Part shown: one piece after another, positions 58,305-64,000 of the stretch
Position numbering within the stretch: the first letter of the stretch is position 1
Layout of the letters: every line of letters starts with the position of its first letter
Assembly (NCBI RefSeq): GCF_036321535.1
Contig: NC_087450.1
Location: 45,260,001-45,324,000, forward strand
Direction: 5' to 3'
Origin: Camelus dromedarius
Lineage: Eukaryota
DNA length: 64,000 nt
Made by a program: the position numbers and the translations under genes
The notes under the pieces: generated by a model
What the model was told of the DNA's origin: nothing
The model's input: only the letters and a program-made list of their open reading frames with translations
Databases searched by the model: none

Positions 58305-61300
58305 CTTGTGTCTAAATGCATCTTTCAGCCTCTGTGCTGACTGCTTAGGAGGGGGAAATAGAATTGGTCATCTGCGAAGTGTTGGAATCCCTCAGCCAGA
58401 ATGACTTTCCATGACTCTCCTACCCCATTCCCAGTCCCTCCATCCTCTCCTCCCTCAAATATCCATCCTGATGTAGTTGAAAACCTCCAGTCCCTTTACT
58501 ACCTTCCACTATTTCACAGTGTGCTTGAGCTTGGGTTCTTGGCTCAGGGAGATACCCATGTGTTCTGGGTTTGGTTGCCAGAGAAAGCTGGATGGCAGGG
58601 AGCCAAGGGATCCTGGAGAGTCATTCCAAAAGGCTCCTGCAGGCCCGAGTGGCCGTGGGCTGGTTGGACGGAAGCTCCCCCTTCGGGGGAGAGTGGTTGG
58701 ACCACAGTGCTGATTCGGCTTTGTTCTCAAGCTTTGTGAGGCGCCGGGGGAGTGGCTCTCAGTCCTCACTGCCCCAACCCTGGCTCACAACATCCAACTG
58801 CAAGTCCAGGATTAGGCTGTGGACACCAAGGTCCTCTTTTTACAGTTACTCCCCCCTTTGCCTTAAGAATTGTATATTTTGACAGATTTGACCTTACACA
58901 CCAGTCTCATAAAGGGATTTCTCATCTGCTCTTTGGAAAAAAAAATCAAACTCTTTGTGCTTTATTTTGGATCTAGTGCTCTGGATTAGCAGGAGTCCAC
59001 TGGCCTTCCTACCCTAGGTTGATATAATTCCAGCCTGAAGCAAAGACACGGAGTGTTTTTATTAGCCCATGCATGTTTCTGCAAGGCTTCTCCCCCCACA
59101 GTGGGAAATATCTTTATTATTAAATTATCTTCATTTTTTTAAATTATAAAAGCTTGCTTTAAGAGCCTATCAGAGGAAAGTACATAAAATAGAAAGTGAA
59201 TGTTTCCCCTCTAAAAGATTTTATTCCTAGAGATAACTGCTATTCACAGTTTGGAGTCTCTCAGCCCATATTTTCATGTGTGCACAAACACTTCTACGTA
59301 ATAACAAAGAGATCACTTTATATCCGAGATCATGTAACCTGCTTTTATGGTACAGCCGTACATCCCGGATGCATCCTTCCTGGTCAATACCCATAGATTT
59401 CATTACTTGTTTTAAGGTGAGGCTTTTGGACTCGTTGAAAATAGGCCTCCCCACTCTGATCTCCAGCTGGCCCAGGCTGGGTGCGTAGCTGCTGGCCTGC
59501 TGGCCTGAGTTGGGCGTGAGAGGCTGGCCCAGGCGCAGGGCTAGCAGTCCGTCACACGCAGCGCCAAGGCTGCCCCAGCTGCTCTCCATGCTTTGCTAGT
59601 TCCCGATACTTTCTCATTTTACGACTCATTGATTACAGGCCCCAAGTGGCAGGATGGGGGTGGGGAAGAGTGAGGAAATGGAGAGTCGGGAAATGAAGAC
59701 TAGATTTTCACCCCATGAATGGCCTTAAGCTGCAGCCCTGCCCTGTATGCATGACGCTGGGTCCCTTTGCAGCATCGGAGGGAACAGAATGTTCAGGGCA
59801 AAAAGAGATCTCACAAAGCATGCTATCCCTCTCTGCCCCCTTCCCTGAAAGATGAGGATGAGGAAGCTGAGGCTCAGAGAGGGAAAAGGACTTCCCCCAA
59901 GGTCACCCAGCAAATGACAAGGGCAGGTGCAGAGCCTGGGCTCTAGCTCCCACTCAGGCCCCTCGGAAGCTCTTGCCCAGTTGAGTTTCTCAGCAAACCT
60001 TGTCTCACCTCCTTCCCAGCAACTTGCAGCCAGTGGCTCCCCAATCCTGGGGCTCTGTGCTCAGGCTCCTTGGCTCTGTGTTGGTTCTTCTACTAATACT
60101 CTGGTCCTTGGTACTCTCTCTGCATCCCAGCTTTTCTATTATAGAAAGTGGGGCTACATGACATTGTGGGTGTGAATGTGCCTGGTGTAGAGAGGGCATG
60201 TAGGGAAGGGTTACATTTTGGGTGGAATCTAGGATGTGGGGGAAGAGAGTTCATGGAAACAGGGTTGTCCAGCACCCTGACAGCCGGGCCGGAGCTGACA
60301 TTTATTGAGCTTATACTTGGTGCCCGGCGCTGTGAGGCAGATAGTATTATCTGCGCTTTACAGATGGAGAAACTGAGGTTTACTTGCCCAAGATCATGCA
60401 GCTAGTAACTGTCAGAGTTGAGATTCAAACTCAGTTCTGGCTGCACTAAGTCCCCAGCCCTTTGCCACGCCACCCTGCTTTTCCACCTGACTCCAGGCCT
60501 TGCTCTGTCAGGGACAGGGAAGGACAGAAGGATCAGGAGCATTCTCCTCCATTCACGGGGCACTCCCGAGGGAATCCAGGAAATCCTTATCTGCAGGAGC
60601 TGCCTGCACAGCTCTGTTATCTCCCCAGCCCACCTCTCCCTTTGCTTATCCAGAAGCCCCTTTCCTCCTGGTGTCCTTCCTTGATGATAAAATAAGTGGT
60701 GGAGGGAGAGGTGAGGAGAAAGGGCTGGGAAGAGCATGGAGTGGGGGGTGACAAAGGGGAGGCCTGAGGAAGAGCAGAGCAGGGGAAGGACCCATCCATC
60801 AGCCCAGCCCTGGCAGCTCTTTACACAGCTGGTTAACCGGGAGAAGATCGCCCAGAGAAAAGGGAAAGCCAGAGGAGGATGAGGTGGACAGGCGGAAGGG
60901 CTCAGAGTGCAGCTGTAGGAGTGTTTGAGAGAAATTGAGGAGCTGGATGGAAAAGCCAGAAGAGGAGGCTGTAGACTGGAGGGGCCTCATGCTGCAGACA
61001 CAGGGCGGGGAGTGGGGGAAGGGAGAAGTGGGGAGGGAATAGGGCAGCTGGGCAGGCCCCGCCCCCCTTACAGAGCTGCTCACCTAGGGGGCTGCCTGGC
61101 CGGCTGGCCAGGGACGGAGCCCGCACCTTCCTGTGAGGGCTGTGAGGGCTGAGGACCCAGTGGATGAGGGGAGCAGCCTGTCTGGGGTCAAGAGCAAGCT
61201 CAGAGTGATAAGGCAGTGTCCTCCCCCACTCCAGCGACGCTGCCACCACTCCTTCGGCGACTTCTGTGAGCTGTAGGCCCAACCTGACTGCCTTGAGCCA

Positions 61301-62008
61301 CACCGTCAGAGGTGGAGCAGTGACCCCCTGAGGCCGCCGCCGTGCTTGCAGCCCAGGCAGCCAGAAAGGCTGTGGGAGACTCTCAGGACCTAAGTCAGGC
61401 TGGGAAGACCCCTGTCCCTCTTCTTGACAGATTCCTCCACTCTGTGGAGAACTGCATCTAGGGAGTTTCCTTTATGCTTGAAGGACTCCTTCTCCCCAGC
61501 TCTGGGAGCTCCCTGGGCCTCCCTGCCCTGCTCTGAGCCCCTGGGCCGTCTCAGCAGCACCTGGTCAACACCTTCCTAAGGGCGCTGGGCAGTTTCCAGG
61601 CACCTGTGGGACAGAACCTGAGGCTGTACATGCAGCTGTGATCACAAATGGTCCCACAAAGTGGGCCCTGCTGCCAGGACTGGCCAGAGAAAGTGGGTGG
61701 GGAGCATGGGGAGGCGGGGGGCCCAGGGTTGCCAGAGCCTATGCCCCTCTGCTGCAGCCCCACTCTCCACCCTCCTTCTGACCCAGCCTCCCTCATCTGC
61801 TCACTGGCTACAGCATCCTGAAGCCCCAGGAAGTAACCCCTACCTGGCCTGGGTGAAACTCATTCAGAGGACAGGTCTCCTTGTGTCTGGGCTGACCCTC
61901 TGCGCTGGCCACCATTCTAGAGGCCGTTGTGGCCACCATGGGAAGGGCACATCTCATCCCAGTCATGAGCTATTTCTGCCTCTCCTGCACCAGAACTTCC
62001 ACCCTCTC

Positions 62009-62495
62009 TGTTACCGAGTCCAAGCTCGTACTGTTTGAGACACAACAAGACAATAAGTTGAGAGACAAGTTGTTGGGGCAAGGAATAGTGATTTTATTCA
62101 GAAAGCTGGCAGACCGAGAAGATGGTGGACTCGGGTTCCAAACAACCATCTTACTGGAGTTAGATCCAGGCTTCTTTTATACTAAAAGGGGAGGGGGTTG
62201 TGGTTGGTTCTTGCAAACCTCCTGGTGCCACAGTCCTTTGTTCTTTCAGGTCTGGTCACAATGTTCCTGTAAACCTCCAACAAGACAAATGTTATTCTCT
62301 GTTCTGTACCTTTTTGTCTCTATATGAATGGAAAAGTCTTAATGCCTTTAAAGGTCAGAGCCTTGAGAATGGGCTATCCTGTATATTTCAGGCTATAGGC
62401 AACATTCTTAACTTGTAGCAAAAGCAATAGAATATAAAGGTTAAAGTAAAAGAAACAGAACCAATATGGAGTCAGATTTGTTCTTTCCTATAACA
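62009..62495 (-). mobile_element. ERV solo LTR (487 bp)
   Basis: TGTTA...TAACA inverted termini; minus-strand TATAAAAG 62174-62181 and AATAAA 62093-62098; near-TSD tctc/cctc. Confidence 0.85.
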
Positions 62496-63529
62496 CCTCT
62501 GGAAGACCTTATGGTCAGTTCCTAAGTGGATACCTCACAATTGGAGAGGAAGAAAGTGCAGCCAAGGTCAGCCTCCCCTGTCCTAGCCTAGAGCTATCTC
62601 CTAGGGAAGGCTGCAGCCTCCTTGTACAGAACAGTTTCCATTCTTAAAAGAAAACATAAAATCTTCCCAGAATAGAACAGGAAAGCTTTGAGTAGGTGGG
62701 TCTCCAGGTGCCCCCCTTCTGAGTTTTCGTCTATGTTTGGTGCTGTGCTCATGGCACCTGGTCCCAGGATTTACTGCCTGAATTTCTTTCTGACCCAAAC
62801 AGCCTGAACATCCGATTTCATTCTCTTGTTCCCTTTGGCTCAACTGAGATAGTCTATAAATTTAAAAAGGACTGTTGCCAAAGGCCTAGGGAGAATCAAA
62901 AGGGAACCAAACCAAGGAAATAAAAGACAGCTAAAGCTTACCAAAATAAGCAGGTTTCAGATGTTGTAATAGCAAACTTGCTCTTCCCTGACCATGGAGT
63001 CTGCCCAGACATCACCTCCTGGCTCCCTGCCATCCGCCCACCTGCTGCACCAGACCCGGTCACACAGGACTTCTGGGAGGCGTAGCGAGGGGGTGAGGTT
63101 GCCCTGCAGATCACATGGCCCTTGAGGGAAGGCATCGTTCCCCTCATGTTTGTCTCCCCGGTGACCAGCTCACAGCCTGGCACTTAGGAGATTCTCAGTA
63201 ATGACTGCTGGCGAAGGAATGGAAAGAATGAAAAGACACTGAAGGAATGGATGTGGGGTAAATACAAAGCCCATAAAGTTCCCTTTAGTCCCTAGGCTCC
63301 CACCCATGGGCCAACAAGCCAGTGCTTTACAGGCTGACTCCCCAGGGCAAATCTGCAGCACCATTTGGTGGTGACTAATTAGGTACCTGTCAAGGAGGAA
63401 GTAATTGATATTTCTAGGGCCCTCCAGGGTGGGTGACGTGCCGAGACCCTGCCCTGGATGTTGCCTCCCCAACTCTACCACAAACTCACCATTTTTAGCT
63501 TCCCCTTGAGTCCTGCTTGGTGACCATTT

Positions 63530-64000
63530 TATTTTATCTTATTTTATTTATTTATTATTTTTTTAAATTGAAGTCTAGTCAGTTTATAGTGTTGCATCAA
63601 TTTCTGGTGTACAGGATAATGTTTCAGTCATACATATACATACATATATTCCTTTTCATATTCTTTTTAATTATAGGTTACTACAAGATATTGAATATAG
63701 TTCCCTGTGCTCTACAGTATAAACTTGTTGTTTATCTAGTTTATATATCGTAGTTAGCATCTGCAAATCTCGGACTCTCAACCTATCCCTTCTCACCCCC
63801 TTTCCTTTTTGGTAACCATAAGTTAGTTTTCTATGTCTGTGAGTCTGTTTCTGTTTTGTAAAAAATTTCATTTGTGTCTTTTTTTTTTTTAGATTCTACA
63901 TATAAGTGATATCATATGGTATTTTTCTTTCCCTTTCTGGCTTATTTCACTTAGAATGACAATCTCCAGGTGCATCCATGTTGCTGCAAATGGCATTATT
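63530..64000 (-). mobile_element. Young L1 3' end, continues beyond window
   Basis: (TTTA)n tail then ttttaaattgaagtctagtcagtt..cttagaatgacaatctccaggtgcatccatgttgctgcaaatggcatt. Confidence 0.9.

Overview
Mammalian genomic DNA, most likely camelid (tRNA-derived SINE of the alpaca/camel type at ~496-640), carrying the conserved synteny block GTF3C2 (3' eight exons, +) - MPV17 (+, complete, 176 aa) - UCN (+, complete, 126 aa) - TRIM54/MuRF3 (-, 9 coding exons, start hidden in an N gap) - DNAJC5G/CSP-gamma (-, complete, 171 aa) - SLC30A3/ZnT3 (+, 388 aa if exon 4 lies in an N gap). All exons were delimited by hand from GT-AG sites and reading phase; lengths sum to the expected proteins. The rest is introns and intergenic DNA with MIR, L2, L1, MaLR/ERV LTR and hAT relics. 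I found no new gene or novel enzymatic system. The best second-look items are regulatory or splicing-level: a near-perfect RE1/NRSE upstream of the UCN CRE-TATA promoter; one 9-bp element that is a polyA signal on both strands for convergent UCN and TRIM54; a splice donor (+) overlapping a splice acceptor (-) at the DNAJC5G 5' end; a pair of cryptic MPV17 exons that restore frame only together; a stop-free in-frame intron in the DNAJC5G J-domain; and a Y357H/S364C change in ZnT3. Comparisons with human or mouse come from memory and need alignment to confirm.
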